The notes under the pieces: model-generated | Seen by the model: the letters and a program-made list of their open reading frames with translations, nothing else | What the model was told of the DNA's origin: nothing | Databases searched by the model: none | Made by a program: the position numbers and the translations under genes | Shown: positions 23,477 to 36,960 of the stretch, one piece after another | Layout of the letters: the number at the start of each line of letters is the position of its first letter | How positions within the stretch are numbered: the stretch's first letter is position 1 | Assembly: GCF_036321535.1 (NCBI RefSeq) | Contig: NC_087436.1 | Span: forward strand, 5,084,001 to 5,148,000 | Direction of reading: 5' to 3' | Origin: Camelus dromedarius | Lineage: Eukaryota | Length of the DNA stretch: 64,000 nucleotides

Positions 23477-25369
23477 GCAAGCTAAGAGATGTCATGTGGT
23501 CTATGCCCTAACTGACAAAAGACACCACACCTGCACACATGAAAACTGAGGCTGTCCTACAAAATAACTTGCTTATAGAAACTGCAAAGAACCAAGTATT
23601 CCAGGGATATATGACTTTAAATGCACAAAAAACAAAATTGGTTAAAGAGGAGGCAGATAAGCAGTCTGTATTCAGAAGATCAAGGAATAAATACATTTCC
23701 CTTTCCTAGAGACTTTTCACACTATAATCTGTTGTCTCGTGGCTCCTACCAACCACATATTATGTCTGAAGACATACTCATCCTGGCAAGATATTTCCCC
23801 TTTAAATATGGTTAGTAACGTTTCTCTCATTTAAAGACTCGAAAATTAAGATGAGTTTCAGAGTTTTAGAAGAGATGTTTGTCCAAATCACTATAATCTT
23901 TATATTAAAACATTTCAAGATATTATGTATTAAATTGGTGAGTTCTGTATTATATCTTTATCAAGAATTAAAGTGATACAGTTAAATAGAACAGGTATTA
24001 AAAAATTGGTCAATTTGGATCAAAAATAGCTTATTATTACAAATAGTATTTTTGCAACCAATGAAAGGACTTTGCCTGAGTAAAACAAATGAATCTCTGT
24101 ATTAAGACCATTTGGGATGTGTGTGAAAATAATTCCTGAACTGAATAGCTGAAATCTTATGAGGAAGGAGGATTAGTTTAAGAGGGGGTAACAATTCAGA
24201 CTTTGCAGAAGAAACCAGGAAACTTAACCGCTGTTTCATTCATTTGAGAAATCTCTTTAGACTCTGCCTGAGGGTTGAAACAGACTCCACTGAAATGTGT
24301 TGGAGAACTCCGTCCCCAGACAGACCCTTCTCAAATTACACAGAGCAACTGCTGTAGACTTGACCACAAAAAAAGACCAAGCACACCGAACAGCTCTGTG
24401 CGGGGCAACCTGCTCGCATTCCTGCTAGATTAAACAATGCGTCCCTGCGTCTGACCAGATGAATTTTTTTGATAACATCAAACCCCAAATCCAAAAACTT
24501 TCAGCAGCCAGACGTTTCGTTCAAAATCTCCCCAAGCGTTGCCAACACGGCAGCTGCCAAGGGCTCCAAGCTGAGTGGTTTCCATCCTCCCCCACCAAGA
24601 GGGTCAGGAAAGGAGCTAGCTCTTCCCTGTCCATGACTGTCTGCTTTGGCTCGGATTTGGGAGAAAGTGGAGGGAAGGGAAAAGGGAAAAACAAAACAAA
24701 ACAAAACATTTTAGCTGCTCTAGGTGAATGGGAAAGTCCCTAAACAGCCCTCTGGGTTCTGAAAGGTTTCTCACCTTTGTTTGGGGTAAGAGAGACGCCA
24801 CGCTATGTGCTGCAATCTTATTTTTATTCATTCTTTGGAAAGGGTGGTATTTCTCCCACTTCAACAAGTTCAGGGAAAGGATAAAGAGTAAATTATACAG
24901 CTTAGGAGCATGCTGTCCTGCTTATTATAAGAAATGAATTGGATGAAATGGATGATCTGTTTCTCCCTTCTCTAAAAGAGGTAAACTATGAAACGTTGAA
25001 ATCCATCTGGGTGGAAGACAGAGTCAGTTTAAGCCGTGACTATCCCAATGTTCTGGGCTGGGGTATGCCAACGGGACGGACTTTTAGATTCTCTTTTCAT
25101 GTGTGAGAAAGAAGGAGGGGCAGGGGTTATTACAGTGATTGGAACACACCTCAGAAATGTTCCAGAGTAAAAATCTCTAGCGCATCAATTTGGTTACTGG
25201 TCACATTGTGAGCAACACAGTGAAGGTCTAAGTATCTGGGGGCTACAATGGCCTCAGCATGGAGGGATTCCCCAGAAACCTACAGGCCCTTCAGTTCTGC
25301 CGACAGACTCACCAGGACACAGGTCACTGCCAGCCAACTCCACGGGAAAGGAACGCAACCACGTGGGTG

Positions 25370-25720
25370 TTCGCCTCACTTAGTAAGCAGTTCAGCTAAT
25401 GAGTAGCTACCATCTGCTAACCACTGTGCTGGACCCTAGGAAGTCTCCACCCTCTAGGTGACTGTTGTCAAATGGACCTTTCATGATGGAGTGCAACGGA
25501 ATACGAACTGTAAGAAAGAAATCCACAACTTTTAATGGAAATTGAGATTGAAAAAAAAAATTCATTCATTATTTCATGAAGAAATGGAGTCTTAAAACTG
25601 TGAAACAAGACTGCGTTGGCATTTCTCCAGGAAGACTAAGGAGAATCTGTAATCTGGCAGAAGAAATAGCATGCTCAGAGGTGTAGACGGTTCTGAGAGA
25701 ATTCACTCAAAATTCTGGGA
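25370..25720 (-). mobile_element. Degraded L2 3' fragment
   Basis: ctaatgagtagctaccatctgctaaccactgtgctggaccctagg...ggcagaagaaatagcatgctcagaggtgtagac. Confidence 0.6.
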
Positions 25721-25766
25721 GTTAAGTGAAACATGCAAAAAAAAAAATTTCATGTTGGTGAGCAAG

Positions 25767-26193
25767 ACTGCGAAACAGGCTGCAAATTCTTCCATCTGTA
25801 TCTGTGCACCGTTTACAATGTGACTTTGTGAGAGGCAGGTTCTGTTTCTTTACCCATTAAATCTGGGTTTGGCCACGTGATTTGCGTTGCCTTATGGGAC
25901 ATTACCAAATGCAACACAAGCAGAAGCTTGAAAATTGCTTGCACCTTTCACGTGGGATGAAGCCTCAGAGGACCCATGGCAAGCACACCACCTGTTGACA
26001 GCCAGCACCGTGACAACCAGCACCGGGCACGGGTCACGTGAGTGAGGGCGTCAGTGGCCAGCCAGGTGGTGGCAGGCACAGAGGTAAGACTAGAGGAAAA
26101 TTCAGACTCACAGAATAATGAGTTAAGAAATTATTGCTCTTTTAAGACACCAGGTTTGGGGACTGGCTGGTTACACTGCAAAAGCTAATTGAT
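25767..26193 (+). mobile_element. MLT1G/H-like MaLR LTR
   Basis: aaatctgggtttggccacgtgatttgc...caagcagaagcttgaaaattgcttgcac...ttttaagacaccaggtttggggactggctggttacactgcaaaagctaattgat. Confidence 0.8.
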
Positions 26194-26879
26194 GGTTGAG
26201 ATGTTATAGAAAATATTACGCAAGAGTTAGCGTTCTTAAATGCAAAAAAAAAAAAAAAAAAAAGCATGCCTGACTCTGACTGCTTTAACAAGAAAAGATG
26301 CTATTAAAAAAATTAAAAAACAGTTCACAGATGCTCCAGGAGGGCGGAGATGTTCTCCTGGGTATACCCCTGCCCCCACCACCAGGACCAGCCACACAAA
26401 ACCGCATCTCGCACTTTGGACACTGAATGCAGGATGCTATGGGTAGGACCCCTGCAACTTCTAGAGCCGTGGTGTAACTGCTGGACCTCATCATGATAGA
26501 GCCCACGTCACCCCTTTATCCACATCACTAGCTTCCAAAGTCAAGTCTCCAGCGGGTCGTGTGGGTTTGCAGAGTCAGGAAACACGCCTACCCTCCAGCG
26601 ATGGAGCAGGGGCGTGGGGGAGTGAATCTGTGGCTTTGACTTTGTGGAGGAACAGGCTTCTAAATTAAGAAATACCCTAACGTAGAGTGCTCGGAAGTGC
26701 CGAAGTAACTTACACCCACAAGTGTCTACACCTTCCTGTAAGCAAGTTTCTTTCTTACTGAAATATGCAAACAACCAGAACAAATACATTCCTCCCAGTA
26801 TAATTCAGCCATCACTCAGGAAGTGAAAACTCCCCAAAGGGAGTCAGTACAAAAATCTCATCAATGCAGCGGGTAGAAC

Positions 26880-27169
26880 TGTTGGAGGTTTTACAGGAGC
26901 ACCAAGAGCTGGCCCAAGCGGACGGCTGCAAGAACAAAGGTCTCCTACACCAAAAAGTTTGCAACAATCAACCACAGCCCCTCCCCTTTTTTTTGTATAA
27001 AAGGAGCCTGTATTTTGACTTGGGGAGGATGGCTCTCCTAGGCATCAGTCTGCCATCCTCTCGGTCTGCCAGCTTTCCAAATAAGGTTGCTATTCCTTGC
27101 CCCCACACCTCGTCTCCTGATTTATTGGCCTGTCGTGAAGCGAGCAGAATGAGTTTGGACTCGGAAACA
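26880..27169 (+). mobile_element. ERV1-class solo LTR (MER34/MER39-like), 290 bp
   Basis: TGTT...AACA termini; 4-bp TSD gaac (26876-26879, 27170-27173); tataaaa at 26996; degenerate polyA signal aataag; 3' end cgagcagaatgagtttggactcggaaaca. Confidence 0.85.
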
Positions 27170-27859
27170 GAACCAAGTCCAGCACCTCTGAAGGATGCCA
27201 TTTCTGTTCCAGTTCCACCACGAGCCTCTCTTATTGCCTAATAGTCTGTAAACTGTGGGTCAGGATGTAACATTTCCTGCCATCAAAATACCCTATGCGT
27301 ATAAAGAATAAAGAGAAAGAGAACGGAGGGGAGACATTGGGACATTCAGGTGTGAACATGACACACGAAAGCAGAGAAGACGTAGACACTGCAAGTAGGC
27401 ACAAGGCTGCCTTTAGACTTTTAATCACTTCTCCTTCCTTTTCTACACCATGTTGTCTTTGCCTTCAGCTGGCTGTCAATAGATCAGACTTCTTGACCCA
27501 GGGGGATAACCCAGATGAGTGCAGAGGTCCCACCTTCAGGCTATAACCTTGTATTCATTTGTTTTCCCGTTGGACATAGGCTCACGGGCCCCCTGTGTTC
27601 TAGACCCAGCCCTCTCTGCCCCACTACACAGACAGGAGCCACGCTAATCACAGGGGAAAGAAAGTCAGTCCCTCTGGGGACAATGTGGCAGGAAGTAATT
27701 AGGGGGCACAGGACAAAGCCAGTCCCCCATTCCCATCTCCACGAGCTTGGGACCCTTCCTCTGGAGCCCGGATGAGGGAACAGCAAGCTTCTCCTTAAAA
27801 GGCAAGATGGTAGATGTTTTAGACTAAGAGGCAAAATCAAGGAACAACGTGGATATTTA

Positions 27860-28000
27860 TTTATATAACCATTTCCAGTGAAATCATTTAAAAACAGACA
27901 AACCAATCTTAGCTCATGGCTATAAAAAGAATATAAACAAAACACAAAAACAAGGCAGTGACCAGGTTTGGCTCCCAGGGCTGTAATTTGCTGACCTCTA
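27860..28000 (+). mobile_element. hAT-Charlie MER58-like fragment
   Basis: aaaacaaggcagtgaccaggtttggctcccagggctgtaatttgctgacctctag resembles the MER58 terminus. Confidence 0.6.
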
Positions 28001-29149
28001 GTCTAGGTTATGCCAGGTATTTGGGGCACCTCAAATTATTCTGGCATTGGTCGCCGAGTCCGGACTTCAACGCATGGACAATGCAAACGATTAGAGCCAC
28101 TCCCAGCTACCAGCATGTGCGCCTACATCAGTGAATTCAGCCTAGTTTAAGATTAAGTTTCCCTCTTTTTGACCTAATATCCACAGACCTTCCTCCCACA
28201 CACAGTCTAGGCTCTTGCTGTATAAGTTAGCAAATCTGCACAGCCCTTAAGGTGCAAGCTTTGTCACTCTACGTTTTCCTTTCTACACCAACCCCGGGGC
28301 ACTGATTCCAGGCATAGATTTGAAGATGCTGGGATGGTTTCAGGGACGCGGTGTCACTGGGAGAATCTTCTTTCCCTTCGAGTTTACAGTTTTAGGCAGG
28401 GTTATTCGAGGTCCATCAAACCAGGCAGGAAGAGTCCCATCAGATCCCAGAGGAAGGGCGGCTTCTTGGAGCAAAACCACTTTCGCTCTTTTAGCAGAAA
28501 AGGGATCTAAATACTAAGAGCTGTTCGTTAGCTCATCGCTGTTCCAGGAAGGTCTGGACTCTTCCCAGCAAACCACAAGCTCAAAGGTCCCAGATTCACT
28601 GGAGGAAGAGTTCCCCTGGAGACCCCCTGTTGCCACCAGGACACATTTGCCCACAAGCCCCCAAACCCTCTCACCAAAGCCTGACCTTGGATGCTACTGT
28701 CAGAACTCCCACCCCTGCACCCAGAAACGGGGCTCCTCCACAGCCAGTGCCCTGGTCCCTGCTCCCCTGTGTCATGGGCTTGGATGGGTAAGCAGATGGG
28801 CAAAGTCTTGGACCCTCAGTTACGAAGGAAACACTCAGAAAGCTGTTGTCTGATTTGCACCCCAAGAAGCTGCAGACTTAAGTGGGACTGGCAAGAGAAA
28901 TAAAATAACCAGTTTCAAAGATGTGGAGGGCGCTGCTCAGAGAGCTCAGCAAAGATATGGAGGCCCAGAATCCTGGTGAAGCCATCTGTCCCTGGGCACC
29001 AGCCCGGCCCCAAGTACACTCAGCCGCCACGGGCAGTGGTCCAACCCCAGACTCAGGGGGCAGGGGCCAGGATTGCGCAGAAGCAGGACCAGAGGACAGC
29101 TGACAGTGGATCAACAGCAATTCCACATAAAAAGCTTAAAGGAGACAGA

Positions 29150-29480
29150 GGGGCTGAGAGTTAAAAGGAAAATTGGCAGACATTGGGTCAGAGATCTCAA
29201 GGGAAGCAAGCGGGTTTCAAGAAGGAAGGGCTGCCTGAGGTTTGCTGGCACTCCACAGAGGTCAAGGAAGATGCAGACTGAAAAATACCTGCTGTGTCTA
29301 GTGACATGGCTTCCCGAGGGGCTTAACGGACATCCTCTTCACCGGGGGACGGAGCAGAAGCCCAAATCGGACTGTGTGGTGCGTAAGGGCTGAAAAACAG
29401 AGAAAAAGAGGGGTTGAAAGGGGACTGTTGCTGAGAAGCTGAACAAGAAAGTCTGCAGAAGAAAGGCGGACTGGTGCTTG
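29150..29480 (-). mobile_element. Degraded L2 fragment
   Basis: gtttcaagaaggaaggg...cagaggtcaaggaagatgcagactgaaaaatacctgctgtgtctagtgacatgg...cagaagcccaaatcgg. Confidence 0.7.
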
Positions 29481-29569
29481 TTCTGTCCTAGAGGACAAGT
29501 CTCATCTAGCGCCTTTTTTTTCCCTTCAGTCTTTACAGTTAAAAAATTAAATTAAATAGAGCATTTAAA

Positions 29570-29750
29570 ACGGGATGATTTCACATAAAAATCCAGCTGT
29601 CCTTGAAATGTCCACTAATCTCACAACACAGATTTATAGCACAGGCCCTCAACTGCCAAAAGAAAACCTGAGCTGGGAGGCTTCGGGTGACCTGCCCAGC
29701 GTGACAGCTAGGAAGGGCCTGAGCTGGGACTGGAGCCCGGGCTGCGGGCC
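29570..29750 (-). mobile_element. MIR SINE
   Basis: gaaaacctgagctgggaggcttcgggtgacctgcccagcgtgacagctaggaagg...ctgggactggagcccggg. Confidence 0.6.
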
Positions 29751-30439
29751 TCTCCTGGTCCTCTGTCTCCCACGACACTCTCACGATTACGAGTGAATCA
29801 CGCAGTTCTGGGGCGACTTTCTTCTCATGACCCCGACCTGGAACCTGCTTGTGCCCTTAGCTGCCCAGGTGGAAGCAGTCTGCAGCCTGGAGGCCTCCGT
29901 CCCGTCCTCTGTGGCTTCTGGGGCAGAAGTTTCCTCCCCTGGCTGTGTTCATAAGGAAAGCAGCGGGGACCCCTGGAGAAGCTCCTCCCGGCGTCAGCCC
30001 CCGGGGATGTGCACAAGCGCTGTCAGTCATGACTCGCTCGCTGATGAGAGTCAGGAATAGTCGGGAATCCAATAAGAAGGAAAGTATTTGGCCAGGCTCG
30101 CATTTTCTACTCCAGTGGCTGCCCTCCAAACGTCTGGTCTCTGGGATGGAAACATCTTTCCTTAATTCTGCTGTGGTTCTCAGTTCAGGGGGAGCTACTG
30201 TTCCGGGGATCAATAAAACCCAACACGGAGGGGATTCTCTGTGTTTGTCAGGGAAACACTCAGGGACGCCACTGTTTTTTTTTGGTGGATGTTATTCAAA
30301 GAACCTACGTTTATTCTAATATTGATGTAATTCTTATTAGCTACAAAGTAAATGTGTAATTAATGCAATTACTTAGAAACTAGACTGTTCCTTTCCATAA
30401 GTATCAGAACTTATTTTTAAAAAACCTCTGTGTTTTTCC

Positions 30440-30647
30440 GGGGGGTGGGTATAGCTCAGTGGTAGAGAATGTGCTTAGCACGCACGAGGTCTTGGGTTCA
30501 ATCCCTGGTACCTCTATTAAAAAAAAAAAAAAAAAAAAACCGAATTGCCCCCTCCCCCCAAAAAAATAAATAAAAATAAATAAAAATAAATAAATTTAAA
30601 AAGACAAAAGCTAAATAGTTTTGATTTAAAAAAAATTGTTTTAAAAA
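30440..30647 (+). mobile_element. Camelid-type SINE with expanded internal and terminal A tracts
   Basis: gggtatagctcagtggtagagaatgtgcttagcacgcacgaggtcttgggttcaatccctggtacctc. Confidence 0.93.
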
Positions 30648-31314
30648 AACCCATTTTTCTATATGGTGACCTTGGGACACTAAAGAAGGAATCTTTAAAA
30701 TTTCAAAATTACAATCAGCTTGAAATGTCTTGTCATCTTAATGGAAAGTTAAATCAAATGGTTTAAATTAATAGACATGTACTTACGCCAAAAAATAAGT
30801 CAACAGACACAAAGAGAAATGTCTTATATTATCTTGAAAGCAAGAGAAGATGTCTATTAGATTTGTAGCCTTCTCGGAAGATGTCTAAAGTCATCACAAG
30901 AAAAGATATACTCCAAAGGGAACAACTATATTTAAGGAATTTAAATTAGCACAGATTTGTCACTGGCGAACCAATAAATTATAAACTAAACCTTTTTAAA
31001 ATTTATAAATTAAAACTTTTCCATTAGATTTATGTATTATTAGGTATTTTTAAGGTGCTGAAAGTAAAAATGTTTTTATTTCACATGATACAGTATTAAA
31101 TTTTCTCTGAAATATTTCCTCAGAAAATAATTTATGACAACATAATAAAATGTGTTTCTTCCATGACCTTAAAGAAACTATATTTGGAAACATTTAAGAA
31201 AATAAATGTAATCCTGAAAAATTAGTCAAATTGTTACTTAGCACATCTAAAAGTCATAGTAGTACATGCCTCTTGCTAGACCTGAATGCAGAAACCACAA
31301 GGTTTATTGTCACA

Positions 31315-31610
31315 GTCTGGGTTCCTGGGAGGCTGACTCTGAGACATGGATGGAGGTTAGGATGTGGGTGGTATCTGAGGAAGCATCCTTGAGATCAACA
31401 CCTGTGAATGGCCAGAGAGGAAGGAGGTGGGAAGAGGGAGATGGTGGGGACCACACAGCTTCAGTAACAGCCTCTGTCAGCCCCATGCCCAGCTCTAAGG
31501 CCGAGGTGACCACTCCAAGCTGTCCTGACTGGAGCCAGAGACTCAGAGGTTCACAGCCGGCATCTACTGGTCATTGCATGGTCCATCCTGGGCTGGGGAC
31601 ATGCCCTTGA
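31315..31610. mobile_element. LTR16A-like ERVL LTR fragment
   Basis: gggttcctgggaggctgactctgagacatgga...gagatcaacacctgtga...cagcctctgtcagccccatgcccagctctaagg. Confidence 0.65.
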
Positions 31611-34600
31611 GCCCTTCAAATAGAAGCAGTTATTCAGATACACCCACCTCCTCTACTCCCATTTATACGTTCACATTTCATTTGCCTTTTATCACAGCTA
31701 CACTGCCAAAAATTGTGAAAAGGAAACTATAGCAAATATATCATGATTGGTGACGTTAAAAAAGCAACAACCCTCTGAAGGTCAGACAACCTACCTGACC
31801 GTACCATCACCACCGGTCCTCCAAACCCATCCTCAGGACCAGCTCCTCTCTGGCCCCTGGATGGTTACAGGGCAGCCCCTCAGCTCCGCACTCACTCCCA
31901 GCAGCTGTGAGAGTCTCCTGGTCACCTCCAGCTACTGTGGCTCTTCAACTCCGTTTTATTAACGAATATAGGAAAAGCCCTACAATGAAAAAAGGAAAAG
32001 GAAAAGTCAGAATTTAATTTAGGTTCAAATTCTCTGCTTCCCAGGATTTTATCTCTTCACCGACAAGTAACCCAGGGTGTCTGTCACTCCTGACCTCTCC
32101 TGTTTGGGTGGAGAGGCAGGAAGAGGGGAGAACCGGGGAGTGGTTCAGTTCATAAGGAGCAGGGTTAAAGGGACAGGGAATTTTATGTGGCTGGCGCTGA
32201 GCTGGTGTGGACTTCTCACTGTTGCCACAACTTGAACCTGAAGGCTGTGTGTAATAACCCTGTTCTTCTGAAGGCCACTCCCCATCCAACATGTGAGGGC
32301 AATTCCTGCGTCACAGGTAACATGGTTTCCTCTGATTTGCTAGGGGTGCTTCTCTCTTCAGACCCCCGACTCCAATGGCATCCACCCCGACTGACCTCAT
32401 AACTCCAGTCAACCCTTTGGAAGGTGCACGTGGCCACAAGCAAGCTCTCTGTCTGCACCCGGGTTACGTGTGGTCTGAGACATTTCTGATGTGACTTCTG
32501 ACCACCCAGCCAATCTCTCTCCCAATCCTCTGTGGCTTCGGGCCTCTGCAGTGGGTGCCCAGACTCTGCCTAGTCTCTGCAAAGCCTCCCACAAGGCTTG
32601 AGCTAGAGAAGACTTATTTCCTTTCCCATGGGAATTCACAGTACTCAATACTCTCTAAAGAAAGATTTGATCTCCAATTTCCTCAGCCATTCAACTCCAA
32701 ACTGATGTCCTCTTAATCAGAGATAGGTCAAAGGTCCCCAGCCAGGTTTCTTCACCTCTTTTTCAAGTCTTCTCTGCAGGTCCGGTGCATCATTTTGGAA
32801 TGCAGTGACACCCGCCATGATGATTTTGTTGGTTATCTATATGCCTCATTCAACAATGAGGCCGTAAGAGTCCCATTTTAACAAACTGCTCGCCAACATT
32901 ATACATTCAGAAGGTGGATACAGAAGCCATACATATTAAACAGCCAGGATCTTATGAGATGCCGATGAAACGCATTCTAGTCCCTACACAAGACTCCGAG
33001 AAACCCTGAGTGCACCTCCTTGTAGGCCGTGTCTGCTGCCGTCTTTAATGGAATAGCCAAGGGTATGGAACTAACCTACAGAACCTGCTTGTCAAAGCAG
33101 ACTCACAGGAATCAGAGATTGTACCTAGTATCAAAACTTACTAGGTGATTCCAAGGATGCTGGCAAGCACACAGCTCAGACATCAACAGAGAGACATCTG
33201 GGCCGTCAATGGCAGCTCCCAGTTTCTGGCTCAGTATAGATGAATTCTCTAAGTGAGTTTCTTGGGGCTCCTCATTTAGCTGGAACTTTTAGAATGAGTA
33301 ATAACTCCAGGAGTGGTGTTGCCTACGTTACTCAGGAAACTATGTCTTCTGGTTCCTGGGTTCTAGTTTTCTAGGAAACCCTTGGCTACGGGAGTCTTGC
33401 AAGAGGCAGTTCAGAGTCAAGATATTTTCTTTCCAGCAAATAACATTAGCTTCTTACACAGAGGCCATGTTGACTAGAAGATTAGAGAGTATCAGCCACC
33501 TGCTTCTCTGTCTCCCAGGAGCACACCCACCATCCATAAAAGGGAGTCAGGGGGTCTTGGACCATCTGCTTTAACTCCTTGCTCCAGGCACTTAATGCTA
33601 AAATGTACAAATGGGACAAAAAGAGCTGGTTTAGCATTATGCTATAATTCACAAACTAGTGTAAGACAAATAAAACAGACATGCAAGGGGGTTATGAAAT
33701 GTCAGTGATTCACAGTGTGAGCGCAGGACAGGGGGCAGCACCTGAGGCCACATGAGGTACCATCACCACGCAGAGACGGACGAGAGGTTGGGACCTCTAA
33801 ACAGCACATCCTCACCACATCCTCAGGAAAGAACTGGAGGAAAGGTCAAAATAGATCAAGTAATTACACAGTGGGTCAGCTCTCCACCACAGAGGTCACC
33901 ACTTCAGAGTTTCTGAGAAGTTTTAAAAAAAGCCAATGAGTCAAATAAATGTGAAAAATTCTCCTTGGCAAATAGGCAGAAAAGGTAAATAATGGCTTTA
34001 CCTCAAGAGGTAAAAGAGTAAAAAGAGACACCAGAAAACCCACATTGTTTTCTGACTCTAAGCTGAACTTTCTCTGACATCAGTGCTTTAGAATGGCTAC
34101 TTTCTCTATCCATCTCTTCCTCCTTCTCCATCTGCTATTCAATACATTCGAAGGTATTATCTACAGCCTGGAGACACCTGTAGGCTTTTCTAGAATATTT
34201 TTGAAATAATTGTATGAATCTGCATGAAATATTATTCTGACCTTAAGTCTGTGCACCTTCTCTCCGTCTATCCGAACATTTTTGATGAGACTAACAATCA
34301 GAGTCATGTTCTGAGGTGCATTTTCCTTCTTGTTTGCTTCAAAGCAATCACAGATCCATTTCCAGGAAACGTGAGTGGTGTTCTTGGAAGACAGTTTTCC
34401 AACACGGGGCCAGACATGCATATTTGAAAGCTTAAAACTCCATTGAAGAATAAAATCTGACTTCAAGTAAATTCGGTGAAAATCCAAAATGGAAAAATTT
34501 GGGTAATTCATTTTCTAAAAGATTTGCTTCCTGCTGTGTAAGCTGCAAAGTTACCAAAAAAGAAGTGAAAATATTTGACCTAGCAAAAAAAAAACAAAAA

Positions 34601-34989
34601 ACAAAAAACAGATAGGAAAGGTAGCCGGTCTGTGCTGACTTAACTAACAATGGTCCTACGTGGGTACAAAAGTGCACGGCACGGCCTGGCGGTGGGAGTC
34701 AAAGGCCTGCTGACCAGGATCTGCTTTAGCAAATGGCCCAAGACTGGGTTCTGAGCTTCTGGGTGCTGGCAAAACTGGAAAGCAGACTACGGACTTGGAA
34801 AAGCAAGGTCACCAATCACGGGTCAGTGTGACCGCAGTCCCCACAGACACCCCCCATCATGACCCCGGCCAACCCGGGAGCTGTCTCAGCACCATTTTGA
34901 TTTCACTTTCTGGGAATCCTGTGTTGCCCCCGGAGTGGGGGTCCCTGAAGATTTCAGAGGACAGACACAAGCCAGCAGGAGGGCGGTTT

Positions 34990-35620
34990 CCCCCAAGTCT
35001 CTCTTTACCGTGACCGGCCGGAGCCCCCTCTCAGCCTCCGGACTGTGTGCCGCGGGGACTGATACCGGAGGGCCTGGGGTGGTCTCACTGCAGCCCCTCC
35101 CCACCGGCGGCTCCGGCAGATACGCCTCCGCCAAACCACCCAACGCATCAAAGGGACCGGATGCAGTCTGGGCTTCTCCCTGGGGAGCAGGCTCAGCTCC
35201 TGCCAGCCTGCAGATTCCTTCAAACAAACCGATCGCATCCTACCAGGGAGCTGGGCGTCCCGTCCTCCCGCAGCCTCTGTTGGTCCCCTCCGCTCCGGAG
35301 TGTGCGGGGCCTCCTCCCTGCCCTGAGGGCTTAAGTGACCGCAACCTGCGGCGGGCGTCCTTCCTCCGCCCAGGGCCAGCGCTGTAGGTTCAGCCACCCC
35401 GCACCCGTGGGGTGAAGAGGCGGTGACTACAGCATCCTCCCTCCGCCCTCCCAGCGCAAGGATTCTGACTCCGCGCCTCCTGTAGGCGTGAAAGCTGGGC
35501 TCCGCTCCCTGCCCCGCAAGCGTGCCCTCCGTCTGGGCACCACGGAACACGCACTTCAGGAACTGGGAGGCCGTTCCAGTGCCGCCAGCGAGAAGGGGCC
35601 CTCCAGCCCCCGGACCCCAC
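34990..35620. promoter_or_regulatory. CpG island-like, promoter/enhancer-like region
   Basis: Visibly GC- and CpG-dense non-repeat block; Sp/KLF GC boxes ctccgccc at 35364-35371 and 35441-35448; TCF/LEF-like atcaaagg at 35147-35154. Confidence 0.65.
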
Positions 35621-36819
35621 CTTGCTGTAGATCCCAGTCAGGATGTTAAACGGCATTTTCATATGTATGGGGTTTTTTTGTTTTTGTTTTTGTTTTCTTT
35701 TTGAATGTCTCGCCTCACTTAGCCTCCACAGAAGCAAATGAGCAGTGACGCAGTCATCCCCGCGGCACAGAGAGACTGGGGAATTTGCCCGGCGTCACAC
35801 AGCAATGGAGGATGGAACCGCAATTTGAAACCCAGGGAGCATGTGAAGGTCATTCCCTGCTTGGCTTGTCTTCAGTAACCTATGCCTAGAAGCAGGTGAA
35901 GCCCTGGAGGCACCGGAATGATCAGCCTTGTTGTTATTCATCCTCCGGGAATTCCGTCCTCCCCGCCCCCCTCTCCCCACCCCCAACACACCCTTTCGAA
36001 GGACCCTTAGAGCCGCCCTCAGAACGGGGTCATCATAGATGTCTGTGCATATTTCTTAGAACGTTCGGAGGGGTGAACGGAGGAATATTCAGGAATGTCT
36101 GTTCGTCTCTACCACCTGGGTACAAATAGGGTCTGAATCCGTTTATCAGATGTGCGTGGCAGGTGGTGTATCACCGGCACCATCCTTGGTGCTCCGACAG
36201 CCCAGTTCTCTTACTTCCCCCCACCGCCGCTCCCCCACCCCGAGTCCCCAGGGTGACCTCCTGGATCCCACAAACTCTGCTGAGGAATTCGGCCACAGGG
36301 ACCCTCAGGAGGGTCCTGACTTGACAGCACATCTTTGCCTCACCCCTTCCCTGCGTCTTACGTGACCACTCCTTTTGGTCAGGGAACTTTTCCTAGCAGG
36401 TGGCTAGGGCATGACATGACGTCTTATCTCAAGTTCTGCTTGTGCGACACGCAGCCTAAGACCCCAGCATTCGGGTGCAAAACACATTCTCTGTTCGAAC
36501 ATCGGCAAAGGAACTTCTCTTGACCGACTTGAAACAAGCTCAGTTGGCAGGATTGTCTCGCTTCCAGCCCTAGAAATGGTTCATGTCTATGCTGTCTTTT
36601 GTGCGTGCCTCACTCTACCAGTTACGTGTTGGCTTTATAATTCAACTTGGAATTGTGGTGTTTCCTTTATCTCTTCCTGCATGGTCTGCAGTGAACTCTT
36701 ATTTTATCTGCATAAAAATGTGCAAACTCTTCTTAGCATTTTACCACTGTTCTATTACTTGTTTAAAATGTTTTATTATTTTTATTATAATTTATTATTA
36801 TTATTCACTATTCACAACA

Positions 36820-36960
36820 ACCTGTACTTGAGTAAGACAATGATTACTGTCCTCATGGTGACAACAAGGCAGCGTAGTCTCAGAGGGGGCATCATCCATA
36901 CACGTCATGAGGAAGTGACGCAGCTGAGCCCGGAACCCAGGTCTTCAGGCTCCATCACAC
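36820..36960 (-). mobile_element. MIR SINE
   Basis: cacaacaacctgtac...gattactgtcctcat...ggaagtgacgcagctgagcccggaacccaggtcttcaggctcca. Confidence 0.6.

Noticed and set aside
30440..30515. tRNA-Ala(AGC) gene (also at the other SINE heads)
   Set aside because: Each tRNA-like head has stem mismatches and is followed by the SINE body, an A tail and often TSDs, so these are retroposed SINEs rather than tRNA genes.
34886..35737. 113-181 aa ORFs across the CpG island
   Set aside because: Expected from high GC content; they overlap on both strands and show no recognisable domain.
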